Source of the DNA: Bacteroidota bacterium
GTDB taxonomy: Bacteria; Bacteroidota; Bacteroidia; AKYH767-A; JAHEYN01
DNA: 64,000 nucleotides
Reading direction: 5' to 3'
NCBI GenBank assembly: GCA_947448795.1
Contig: CANFOZ010000001.1
Coordinates: forward strand, 52,662 to 116,661
Shown here: positions 20,501 through 28,732 of the stretch, in pieces
Layout: the number at the start of each line of letters is the position of its first letter
Numbering within the stretch: the stretch's first letter is position 1
Notes under the pieces: model-generated
What the model was told of the DNA's origin: nothing
The model's input: only the letters and a program-made list of their open reading frames with translations
The model's database searches: none
Position numbers and translations under genes: made by a program

Positions 20501-21409
20501 AGACAATTGGCGTTTCGTTCCTTCTGTTGAAACAAAACTTTTCAGCACACTGACCGCCTTGTTCGCTTCGGGAATGGTTGCCAGCTGCTCTTCCAGGAAA
20601 TCGGCGAGCACATCCGAGATGTTACCCAGCTCTTGTAACATGCTGTTGCGAAAGCCGATTTCGTTCGGATTTCTTTTGACAGCCAATTTGTAGAGCTTGT
20701 CGAGGAAAACCTGCAAGTAGGTCAATTCAACCTCGGAGCGCTCGGGTGATATCTTGTCGAGCAGACTTTGTGCAAAGCCCTCTTCCACAGGGATGTTGAA
20801 CACCCTGCAAGGTCCGAGGATGGCTTCCTGGGCTGCCGTGCGCGTCATCTTCTCGATGCGGATTCTGTTTTGGAAAAACTCCGGAATCTGTTCCTCAAAA
20901 CGGCTCAGATTTTCAAGGTACTCGCCGCGTATGATGAAGATGAACTTACAAGAGAGGCCGGCTTGGATGACCGCTTTGAGTTCGTCGATGAAGTGATCGA
21001 TCTCTTCCTTGTTGCCGAAGATGAACAGCTCCTCGAACTGATCGAAAAGCAGGTAGATGGGTTTGAAGTGATCGAGATATAACGACTCGATACACTTTTT
21101 TAATCTTGCATTTTCTTTGATCGGGGTGATGGCTTGCTTGCGTATCGTATCAGTCAATGAACGCGTCATGTTGTCGCCGCGTCTCACCAGGATGGGCATC
21201 CAGTCGCTCTCGTTGAATTTGTTGGCCAAGCCGCATTGAATGAGACTCGTCTTGCCTGTGCCTGAGGCACCGTAAACCAGCAGCATGTTGCTCTCGAATA
21301 CGCGTGCATAGAGTTCTTCAATTTCTTTTTCACGACCGAAGAAGATCTCGCGGTCGGCACGCGTGAAGCTATCCAGAAACTTGAACGGAGATGACGTGGT
21401 TGCTTGCAT
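17561..21409 (-). CDS. Membrane-anchored STAND-type P-loop NTPase with large C-terminal WD40 beta-propeller region
   Basis: 1282 aa. The N-terminus has FFGREKEIEELY followed by Walker A VYGASGTGKTSL and Walker B IYLLFDQFEELF. A helical region follows, then a single TM helix RRVSLVSLLSLMLLVGAVAFYFY near aa ~440-465. After that come ~800 aa of beta-propeller repeats with a canonical WD40 unit (LSGHHKKINRARFSKDGKFIITASDDSLMGIWNL). Confidence 0.7.
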   Translation of the reverse strand: MQATTSSPFKFLDSFTRADREIFFGREKEIEELYARVFESNMLLVYGASGTGKTSLIQCGLANKFNESDWMPILVRRGDNMTRSLTDTIRKQAITPIKENARLKKCIESLYLDHFKPIYLLFDQFEELFIFGNKEEIDHFIDELKAVIQAGLSCKFIFIIRGEYLENLSRFEEQIPEFFQNRIRIEKMTRTAAQEAILGPCRVFNIPVEEGFAQSLLDKISPERSEVELTYLQVFLDKLYKLAVKRNPNEIGFRNSMLQELGNISDVLADFLEEQLATIPEANKAVSVLKSFVSTEGTKRQLSLQEAGDFTRTLGQDLTDKEIEHFVNLFVNLRILRDKDEKDKYELRHDSLAAKIYEKITLTEKELLQVRQLITNRHQEFQVRGILLNQDDLNYLATYEKQLFLDESLQGFVQKSRTIIQTNRRLKRRVSLVSLLSLMLLVGAVAFYFYQQNQLTRANELAAMSLIKVDEDPTLAYLLAEKAYELNPKGELIQKALINAYRNGPFYLNVPGKDYLIDESGKHMVTSSDDSTLRFYSFKETGVSLTKTIKLNHENHLYTFPAAGSKPPLLATPNTFVLIDVLGPASANNSNMEISVWNFNGNKINSRKVASEFQIQALKEMYMLVQLDSVFILNKELKTVLALENKEHAGARAKLTADNHILLAMGLYSFGNASILEYDAGGRLVNSFELHQLSNRIEFSRDGNMLFTGMAFTTYSESETELKTETNFRQVSMYNRQGKKLQIIKGFSDAISLSPDEQELLAKNDSCIGLFTIGGKLQLTIKGNFEGANMSFSPDGESIYVMSGREYTDIYNRADGQLSHRIKGDLVRLSNDSKYALTVDDNERTVELYTPLGKHTTFRRMTETFADEKVSFTANNQFVVTGSMNGNTVSIWKPSYQSAIQNALEHKLGPDGQHAICMKNGTVKVLDVNFKELFSYTSINKDAEQIADFSGTGKMIIIQELEPNQEADIHVFDVHTGKAITKKAHTLQSDKTGGSSFVSFDDLLLGYPEDSAHIALYALNAKGLHPKRLTLEGVKGQPTGIAFSPASTFFVTTQDSIAQVWRYDSSTLQTKSYALLSGHHKKINRARFSKDGKFIITASDDSLMGIWNLKGELINTLNDAYEIPFAIADAYFSDNESTVVFEPYEKSTTSSGGISYFKSSYNLWTNIPYGPWLKTDANWSNTNAPEIKSPKKITISSDGKLVCTTEEDFVRLRTIGGHELLSVNGYKGDFSKDGKTLYLSDGKTIHQLPVQPDEIVKLVRTKKVFGEPRSFTPREIEEYGLK

Positions 21410-21465
21410 CGAGATGCAATTTATAGAAAAAATCGTACTTTTACTAAAGCAGAAAAAACAAAGTC

Positions 21466-22347
21466 ATGGAGCCTCAAATTCAAAAAACCAGCTCGCATTG
21501 GTTTCGCGTGATGCGGTATTTCTTTTTCGCCACTTCGGTCGTTTTGTACCTTTCTAGCTTTGTTTTTTTTCAGGACCTCGCGATGTTGTGCATGTTCCTC
21601 TGCATGCTGGGCGCTGTGGTCGTGGAGAGCATGGTGGGCAAGAAACACAAGCGCATGATTCTGCTGAGTCTCGGTTTTCTTATTTCCGATGTTGTCATTA
21701 CTTCGCTGCTAGTCAATCATCCGGATTACGATATGTGGAGTCGTTTCCGCATGTTACTCGGCGTCTTTATCTTTTCACTGCTTTCTCCGCTCATCACCGA
21801 GGTAAAACATTACCCGAAGATTTTTCTAGGGGCCTTGGGTTTGTTAATAATCGGCGTGTTTTTTAAAGTTTCTCATTTTCCAGGCGCTTCCGTGATTTTG
21901 GTTGTGAGTGTTTTTTTTATGACGATTGTTTTCATCGTTCAATGGTTCTATTCCTTTCGTTTCCTGAAAACGAATTTGCTGCTGATGTTCGCAAGTTTGT
22001 TGTGTAATTTCGTGGTCATCATTTTTTATCTCGGATGGCTCTTCCGCACGATGCATTGGCAAGGGGCTGCTATTTTCACCTTGAACAACTACTTCGCCCC
22101 CTTGTTCGGTCTTGTATCGGCCTCCTTAATCATCGGTGTGCAGATGAACGATTTCACGAGTTGGCTCGAGAGTCAACGCAAATACCTGGTGAACAACATC
22201 CTCATCCCTTGGTTCGTCGTTTTTCTCATCGGTGGCTGGATGCTGCTCTTTGAGCAATCCTTCAATAACCTTATGATCGGTGCGAGCAACGTGGCGCACA
22301 ATCCTTTCGGCATGCAGGATTATTCCATCGACGATTTACCTAAGTAA
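21466..22347 (+). CDS. Polytopic integral membrane protein (unknown function)
   Basis: 293 aa with at least 7 hydrophobic helices. Its stop is 6 nt before the TPR-PP2C gene, so it is probably co-transcribed. Confidence 0.55.
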   Translation: MEPQIQKTSSHWFRVMRYFFFATSVVLYLSSFVFFQDLAMLCMFLCMLGAVVVESMVGKKHKRMILLSLGFLISDVVITSLLVNHPDYDMWSRFRMLLGVFIFSLLSPLITEVKHYPKIFLGALGLLIIGVFFKVSHFPGASVILVVSVFFMTIVFIVQWFYSFRFLKTNLLLMFASLLCNFVVIIFYLGWLFRTMHWQGAAIFTLNNYFAPLFGLVSASLIIGVQMNDFTSWLESQRKYLVNNILIPWFVVFLIGGWMLLFEQSFNNLMIGASNVAHNPFGMQDYSIDDLPK

Positions 22348-22352
22348 GGCAG

Positions 22353-24350
22353 ATGTCTTCAGTCGAAACGTTTCGAGCTCGCGTCCGCGAATTATGGAAT
22401 CTGCGCTACAGCGATTCTCGTCAACTCGGTGTGCTGGGTGCTGAACTAATTTCTTCAGGATCGGTACATAAACAAGAGCACCCTTCGACAAGCTCAGGGA
22501 CCGGCCCTTCGACAGGGGTTCGACGGGCTCACCCTGTAAGCTCAGGGACCGGCCCTTCGACAGGGGTTCGACGGGCTCACCCTGTAAGCTCAGGGAGCGA
22601 GCGAGAAAACACGCGGGCCTATGGCAAATTGTTTGTCGCCATCTCGAATTTCTTCAATTCGAAGGATGAGCATGTGCTCGAGTATCTCCTCGATAGCTAT
22701 GCATCTTTTGCAAAATTGAACGATGCCGATGGCTTGGGAAAAGCCTGTGCCTTTTTGGCAAGTGTATACGACAACTATGGTGAATACGAAACGGCATTGC
22801 GTTATGCACAAGAAGGTCTTCGTCATGCTGAAACCACGAAGGATGAGGAGCTCGAAGCCGATGTACATGCCAATGCCGGCTTGATCTACACACGCATTTC
22901 AGATCTCGAGCATGCAGAGCAATCGTTTCTGAAAAGCCTGACTATCCGCGAACGCATGGGCAACCACCGCGCCGTCGCATCTTCTTTAAATCTCCTCGGA
23001 AGAACCTATTCACTCGCTAATAAATTTGAACAAGCGCTTGACTACTACAATCGAAGCTTGACGCTGCGCATCGAACAGCAAGACAAGGGTGGAATTCCCT
23101 GGACTTACATCGGCATGGCGAGTGTGTTCGAGCGAATGCAGGATTTTGCATCGGCCTTGGATTACTATGGGAAAAGTGCCGCACAAAGCAAGGAGAACAA
23201 AGATGTACGGGCCAATTTGTATTGCTTGTTGGGCTCCGGCAAGATCCGATTGAATTACAACGAGCCCGAGCTCGCAAAGCTTGAGTTGCAGGAAGGACTG
23301 CAGATTGCTGAGTCGATCAAGAGCAAGCCGCTCATGTACGATTTTCACCAAGCGCTCTCCAAGGCGTATGAGTTGCTTGTCGATTATCAACAGTCTCTAA
23401 ATCACCTGCGCCTTTTTCAGGAGTTGAAAGAGGAGGTGCTAAGCACCGAGACAACCAACAAGATGAAGCATCAGCAGATGAGCTTCGATATCGAGCGATC
23501 GCGCCAAGAGGCCGAGATCTTCAGGTTGCGCAACGTGGAACTTAAAGAGGCGTATGACAAGATTGAAGAGAAAAACAAAGCGATCACCGATAGCATCAAC
23601 TACGCTTTACGCATTCAACAAGCGATTTTGCCATCCAAGGCAGTGATGGCGCAAGGCTTGCCTGAGCATTTTGTGTTGTATCTCCCAAAAGACATTGTAT
23701 CCGGTGATTTCTATTGGTTCGGAGAGCAAGAAGGCTTCAGTATTGTAGCGGCTGTCGACTGCACCGGACACGGTGTTCCCGGCGCTTTCATGAGCATGGT
23801 AGGCAGTAGTTTGCTCAATCAGATCGTGCTCGAAAAAAACATACTCGCGCCTGATGCTATCTTGTCTGCGTTGCATCTCGGTGTTACGCATGCATTGCAA
23901 CAACACGGCACTGCCACTGCTTTTGGCGAAAAAACCCGCGATGGCATGGACATCGCCTTGTGCGTGCTGCAAAAAAGTGCGAACGGTTATCGTCTAGCCT
24001 ATGCAGGTGCCAATCGGCCTTTGTATCACATTCGCCAAAGCCTCTTGAACGAGACAAAGGCCACCAAGCTATCCATCGGTGGGGCAGATGAGGGTGAGGC
24101 ACGCGCATATACAGCACATAACATACAGCTCGAAACAGGAGATGCGTTCTACATCTTCAGTGATGGATATGCGGATCAGTTCAGCGCCTCCGACCAGAAA
24201 ATGATGACACGCCGATTCAAAGAACTGCTGCTCGAAGTGCAGGGACATTCCATGGTTGAACAGGAGCAGCGCCTCCGCACATTCTTCTTGGAATGGCGTG
24301 GAGAGGCAGAGCAGACCGATGATGTGTTGGTAATCGGCGTGCGCGTATAA
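22353..24350 (+). CDS. TPR-repeat / coiled-coil protein with C-terminal PP2C-type (SpoIIE/RsbU-like) serine phosphatase domain
   Basis: 665 aa. TPR-like helical repeats span aa ~100-340, then a coiled coil (EEVLSTETTNKMKHQQMSFDIERSRQEAEIFRLRNVELKEAYDKIEEK). SpoIIE motifs follow (SGDFYWF, VDCTGHGVPGAFMS, YIFSDGYADQF, DDVLVIGVRV). The N-terminal region contains a 16-aa exact duplication. Confidence 0.75.
   Translation: MSSVETFRARVRELWNLRYSDSRQLGVLGAELISSGSVHKQEHPSTSSGTGPSTGVRRAHPVSSGTGPSTGVRRAHPVSSGSERENTRAYGKLFVAISNFFNSKDEHVLEYLLDSYASFAKLNDADGLGKACAFLASVYDNYGEYETALRYAQEGLRHAETTKDEELEADVHANAGLIYTRISDLEHAEQSFLKSLTIRERMGNHRAVASSLNLLGRTYSLANKFEQALDYYNRSLTLRIEQQDKGGIPWTYIGMASVFERMQDFASALDYYGKSAAQSKENKDVRANLYCLLGSGKIRLNYNEPELAKLELQEGLQIAESIKSKPLMYDFHQALSKAYELLVDYQQSLNHLRLFQELKEEVLSTETTNKMKHQQMSFDIERSRQEAEIFRLRNVELKEAYDKIEEKNKAITDSINYALRIQQAILPSKAVMAQGLPEHFVLYLPKDIVSGDFYWFGEQEGFSIVAAVDCTGHGVPGAFMSMVGSSLLNQIVLEKNILAPDAILSALHLGVTHALQQHGTATAFGEKTRDGMDIALCVLQKSANGYRLAYAGANRPLYHIRQSLLNETKATKLSIGGADEGEARAYTAHNIQLETGDAFYIFSDGYADQFSASDQKMMTRRFKELLLEVQGHSMVEQEQRLRTFFLEWRGEAEQTDDVLVIGVRV
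22491..22586 (+). repeat. Perfect 2 x 48-bp in-frame tandem duplication inside the PP2C gene
   Basis: AGCTCAGGGACCGGCCCTTCGACAGGGGTTCGACGGGCTCACCCTGTA occurs twice back-to-back and is GC-rich. Partial 10-11-nt copies flank it on both sides. It encodes SGTGPSTGVRRAHPVS twice. Confidence 0.85.
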
Positions 24351-24353
24351 AAA

Positions 24354-27300
24354 CTACTTGATTTGTTTTTTGCGTTTCATGCCAAGCAGTCGCCCAAACT
24401 GTATTTCCAGCCCGGTCAGCAACCTCTTGAAAACATCGAAATACAGGGCGAAGCCCAACAAAATGGTGCTTATCCAAATCACCACAAGGTTGGCCTCAAA
24501 GGTGTTTAGATAGCTTCCCAGCAAATATTTTCGGGGCGCTAAAAAGTGCGCTCTAAATCCCGATTCAGCTACCCCATCGCGGAAGATGGGATCAATCGTG
24601 GTGACCAAACGTTCGTTCTCGATTTGATACGTGGGTGCATCAAAGGACGGATTGCGAGCCATGTCCTCGAGCTTGCCGTTGTGGTGCTTTTTCTTGAGCT
24701 CGTTCATGGCATCCGTGCCTCCGGGCTGCTTGTCCACTTCGACGAAGAAACGGTCACGTGCTTCAATTGCTTGGTTGTACTCATCGCCGCCTTGGCCTTT
24801 TACTGCCTCCAAATAAATTCTGAGGGCATCCCAAGTGGCTTTGTCTGAATGCGCTAAAGAAGGCAGGGCTGCAACATTGTTTTGTGATTGCTTGGCTTTC
24901 AGCTCATTGCATAGCACCTCCCAATTGGAATTAACGTTCGGCCCACTATGCTCCACTTCGTCAAGCAGGTTGAGCAAGGTCATGCACCAGCTTTTTTTCA
25001 GGCTAGCCAAACTTACCGCTCTATCCAACGTATACAAGGGTTGCTCGTAATCATTTCGGGTAAATTGATTCACTGCCAGGGCCTCGAAAGCCCAACGCGA
25101 AGTCATCAGTTCGCCAGGCAAGGGAACAACGGCTCTGCTAGAGATGATTGGGTTCAATTCATCAAACTTCACAATCACGCCACTGAGAAGCAGTTGCGGG
25201 ATGAGAAGAAAAGGAATTAGGATGTAAATAGTGACGGCCGAGTTAAAGGAGGCCGAGATGTTCAAGCCCAGCATGTTGGCGAAGCAGGAGCTGGTGAATA
25301 GCACGAGCCAATAGGCCGTATGCATATGTTGGATACCGAGCAGCGTGTTGCCGATCCAAACGAAAATCAACATCTGAAAGGCACTCAGGCCGAACAGCAG
25401 CACTATTTTAGAAAACAAATAGCTGCCTTTACTCAAGTTCAGAAAAGACTCTCGACGCAGGATTTTTCGGTCGCGAAAGATTTCCTCCGCACTAACGGTA
25501 AGGCCAATAAAAAGTGACACCACCACGCACATGAACATGTAAGCTGGAATGTTTCGATTGTCGCCCAATGTATACGCTTGTCCTTCGAGCGAGAATCGAC
25601 ACAGGAACGCGAGTATAAAGGCCAGCAAAGGCGGCTCCAGTATGTTGATGAGCAGGTATTGTGTGTTCGCCAACTTGGAAAAGAAATCTCTTTGCAGAAA
25701 AATTGTAAACTGTTTCCACAAACCCGGCTTATGGAAGTTGATTACCGGTTTTGTCTTTTCCACGGCTTCGCTCTTGCCATTAGCTAGCAGGCGCTGGTAG
25801 CGCTCGTTCCATTCTTTCGGTAATACTTTTCTTTCGCCGCTCGGGTTACCGTTCTCATCCAAAATGCGAGCTTCCAGAATCGAGAAAACTTGTTCCGGAT
25901 TGACATTGCCACACGTTAAACATTCACTTTCTTCCGCATCTACGTATGCAGCGGCGCGTTTGAAGTAAATGACCGATTCCACCGGATCGCCAAGATAGAC
26001 GGGGTAACCGCCAACGTCGAGGATCAGCAGCTTGTCGAACATCTTGAAAATCTCGGAGGAGGGTTGATGGATGACAACAAACACCAGCTTGCCACGCAGG
26101 GAGAGTTCTTTCAGCAAATCCATGATGTTTTCGGAGTCGCGCGAAGAAAGTCCGGATGTAGGCTCGTCCAAGAAAAGCACCGAGGGTTCACGGATCAATT
26201 CCAAGGCGATGTTGAGTCGTTTGCGTTGTCCGCCGGAGATGGTCTTCTCGAGCGGGTTGCCCACCTTCAAGTCGCGGGCTTCGTATAAGCCGATGTCGTT
26301 TAATAGCTGAAGGACTTTGTCAGCGATTTCCTTCTCCGTCAACTGATTGAAACAGAGCCGAGAGTTGAAATAAAGATTTTCGAAGACGGTGAGTTCTTCA
26401 ATAAGTAGGTCGTCTTGCGGCACAAAGCCAATCAGACCTTCAAGCTGTGCTTTTTCTTTGTGTAAATCGATACCGTTGATCAGCACTTTTCCCGCTGTCG
26501 GCGGGTTGTTGCCGTTGAGAATGTTAAGCAATGTCGATTTGCCAGCGCCGCTGCCACCCATTATACCCATGAGGTGTCCTGAGCGTTCGGTGAAACGAAG
26601 CGTCTGCAAACCAAGTTTGCCACTCTTGAATCGGTACTGGATGTCTTTCACCTCGAAACTGACAGCCTCATCAGCGCGGTGACTCATGAAGCAGCGCGCT
26701 ACATCACTGTAGAATATCGGTTGGATAGTATTGCCTCTCACCGAGGATCCGGGCGCGAAGACGGTGACTTTGTTTTTAGCAAGTCTTTGGCCGTTGATAG
26801 TGAGCCCCGCATCGCCCATAAATCGAATGAGAAACAGCGCTGCGCTGCTGATGCGCAAAACGAAAACGGGATGTGGAAGGGATTCGGCAATGAGGCGTTT
26901 ACCCGCAAGATCAGTGGCTGCTTTATGACTCGTGATGCTGAGCAGGTTCGCATTGGCCTTCAATGCCGGATCCGTGTTCGGATCGGCAAAGTCAAGCATC
27001 TCTTGAAATTGGCCTTCGCTGATATTGAAGGAGGAAGCGACCGTGTTGACGAACTCAAGCTCCTGCTCATTCATCAGCTCTTGCGAATGCAGAAAATCGA
27101 GAAGATAAAGGAGTACGAATACCTTCTGCCGAGGACTTAACTCTTCGTTTAATTGATTGCAGATGACGATGACTTTAACCGAGCTGACAGCTGTCTTCTT
27201 GCGTCTTTGTGTGTCGGTCGTTCCAAACTCCAACTCATTGAAAAAGCTGTCGTAAACTTGCAGGTAGTTGTCTACCTGGTCTGCGTTCAGATATTTTTGC

Positions 27301-27401
27301 AAGAAGTCGGCAACCACTAAACGCCGGGTGTCCGGCTGCTCTGCGCCTTTCGCGATGATCGCGAAAAGTTGCATAAGGGCACGAAGGATCTTCTCGCTCA
27401 T
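24354..27401 (-). CDS. ABC transporter, fused N-terminal regulatory (FHA-like) region + ATPase + ABC-2-type permease
   Basis: 1015 aa. Walker A GIMGGSGAGKSTLLNILNG, ABC signature LSGGQRKRLNIALEL, Walker B VLFLDEPTSGLS. The C-terminus has 6 TM helices. Upstream of the NBD is an FHA-like segment (LTINGQRLAKNKVTVFAPGSSVRGNTIQ). Confidence 0.8.
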   Translation of the reverse strand: MSEKILRALMQLFAIIAKGAEQPDTRRLVVADFLQKYLNADQVDNYLQVYDSFFNELEFGTTDTQRRKKTAVSSVKVIVICNQLNEELSPRQKVFVLLYLLDFLHSQELMNEQELEFVNTVASSFNISEGQFQEMLDFADPNTDPALKANANLLSITSHKAATDLAGKRLIAESLPHPVFVLRISSAALFLIRFMGDAGLTINGQRLAKNKVTVFAPGSSVRGNTIQPIFYSDVARCFMSHRADEAVSFEVKDIQYRFKSGKLGLQTLRFTERSGHLMGIMGGSGAGKSTLLNILNGNNPPTAGKVLINGIDLHKEKAQLEGLIGFVPQDDLLIEELTVFENLYFNSRLCFNQLTEKEIADKVLQLLNDIGLYEARDLKVGNPLEKTISGGQRKRLNIALELIREPSVLFLDEPTSGLSSRDSENIMDLLKELSLRGKLVFVVIHQPSSEIFKMFDKLLILDVGGYPVYLGDPVESVIYFKRAAAYVDAEESECLTCGNVNPEQVFSILEARILDENGNPSGERKVLPKEWNERYQRLLANGKSEAVEKTKPVINFHKPGLWKQFTIFLQRDFFSKLANTQYLLINILEPPLLAFILAFLCRFSLEGQAYTLGDNRNIPAYMFMCVVVSLFIGLTVSAEEIFRDRKILRRESFLNLSKGSYLFSKIVLLFGLSAFQMLIFVWIGNTLLGIQHMHTAYWLVLFTSSCFANMLGLNISASFNSAVTIYILIPFLLIPQLLLSGVIVKFDELNPIISSRAVVPLPGELMTSRWAFEALAVNQFTRNDYEQPLYTLDRAVSLASLKKSWCMTLLNLLDEVEHSGPNVNSNWEVLCNELKAKQSQNNVAALPSLAHSDKATWDALRIYLEAVKGQGGDEYNQAIEARDRFFVEVDKQPGGTDAMNELKKKHHNGKLEDMARNPSFDAPTYQIENERLVTTIDPIFRDGVAESGFRAHFLAPRKYLLGSYLNTFEANLVVIWISTILLGFALYFDVFKRLLTGLEIQFGRLLGMKRKKQIK

Positions 27402-27424
27402 CGTATATCCAAGAGGTCGAAACC

Positions 27425-28273
27425 CTAGTTCGTGATTTTTCCACGCACGGCTGTGACCTTTTCCGTCAATGAAGCAAGTGTTGCATCATCAATGGATGCA
27501 GAAGAAGGGATGGCCTGATAAAGTGAGTTGAGCGCGTTCATCTCTGTGATGATCGGCATGAACTCCTTATCTTTTTCATAGTCCTTCAGAACGGAAACAA
27601 TTTTGCCTAAATGCAGCTTTTGCATGAAGATCTGTTCTTTGATTTTTTTCAAATCTTCACCATTCTCCATGCCTTTAACGCTATTCAGTGTAAGGTATTG
27701 GCTTTCTACCCATCCACCCACAAGCATGTGTGTGGCCGTTTGAAGACGCTGATTGTTGCGCAAGTATTGATCCACTTGGGTGTAAAATTCATCTACCACT
27801 TTCATTACCGAATCCTTATTCTCTGCATAGTTCTTGATGCGCGAAGCAGCTACTTTGTTAAAGCCTTCGGTTGCATCCAGCGAGCCGGCTAGGTTTTTGG
27901 TGGTGTTATAATAAGTTTGGATGTTGCCAAACTGGTCGTTTGCCGCCAGATAGCCAAGATCGATGGCGTAAACACCGAAGTTTAGACCCCGCTTGAAAGA
28001 GGTAGTGTAACGTGACTCGTTGGCGGTTCCGTTTGTAAGTCCCTTGTCGAAGCGCGCATGCGATTTGCCGAGTACGTTGATGATTTCCAAAGGACTTGGA
28101 ATATCAGCTAATACCATGGAGAATTTGAATTCTTTCGTTTCGTCGATGGCCTCAACAGCAGCGGTGTCTTTCGCGGTTTCAGTGGTTGCAGCCGCCGGCT
28201 CTTGGTTTGCCGGAGGATTGCTGCAGGCGATCACAGTTAATAGCAGGGCTGGAGCAAGAATGCGTGCGTTCAT
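27425..28273 (-). CDS. Hypothetical lipoprotein
   Basis: 282 aa. Signal plus lipobox (LLLTVIACSN). It lies between the DUF1987-like gene and the ABC transporter on the same strand, with 18- and 23-nt gaps. Confidence 0.5.
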   Translation of the reverse strand: MNARILAPALLLTVIACSNPPANQEPAAATTETAKDTAAVEAIDETKEFKFSMVLADIPSPLEIINVLGKSHARFDKGLTNGTANESRYTTSFKRGLNFGVYAIDLGYLAANDQFGNIQTYYNTTKNLAGSLDATEGFNKVAASRIKNYAENKDSVMKVVDEFYTQVDQYLRNNQRLQTATHMLVGGWVESQYLTLNSVKGMENGEDLKKIKEQIFMQKLHLGKIVSVLKDYEKDKEFMPIITEMNALNSLYQAIPSSASIDDATLASLTEKVTAVRGKITN

Positions 28274-28291
28274 GGTGTTTTGGTTAATGGT

Positions 28292-28696
28292 TTATTTGGA
28301 TGTTTCTTGTGTTTTAAAGGGCATTTTCAAAATAGATTTGTAATCTTCCCCGGCTTCCTGCATGTCATCGTCTTCGGCTTGGTATTCCCAAATTACGTCA
28401 ACAGCGGATAATCGGGAAACATGCAGCGCTTGCAGTCGTTTGAAAAGATCTGCCAGTATTTTTGCCGAGCTGGTATTGAAATAGTCCAACTGAATAGTCA
28501 CAGAAGTGGCCGACTTGGGCTTCGCGCTGTATTCTTCCAGCCATGCAAACACGGGTTTGTAGAATTCGATGGTGTTCTCTGGAATGGAACGGCCACGAAT
28601 TTCTAAATTACCAGTGTCCGGATTCAAATTAACTGTTGGACTTTTTGCGGCTCCTTCAATTAGCAATGGGTGCATTTGGGCAAATATTTGTTGCAA
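28292..28696 (-). CDS. DUF1987 / SiaC-like small regulatory (phospho-acceptor) protein
   Basis: 134 aa. Motifs NLEIRGRSIPENTIEFYKPVFAWLEEY and LDYFNTSSAKIL match my recollection of the SiaC/DUF1987 family (Thr in ...NTSS...). It has an acidic C-terminal tail. Confidence 0.55.
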   Translation of the reverse strand: MQQIFAQMHPLLIEGAAKSPTVNLNPDTGNLEIRGRSIPENTIEFYKPVFAWLEEYSAKPKSATSVTIQLDYFNTSSAKILADLFKRLQALHVSRLSAVDVIWEYQAEDDDMQEAGEDYKSILKMPFKTQETSK

Positions 28697-28732
28697 AAAT
28701 AGAAAAATCTCTGATTATTAAAGGAAAACTAA

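Noticed and set aside
22491-22586. Considered whether the perfect 48-bp direct repeats could be a minimal CRISPR array
   Set aside because: There are only two units, directly abutting with no spacer, inside an ORF and in-frame. It is a tandem duplication, not a repeat-spacer array.
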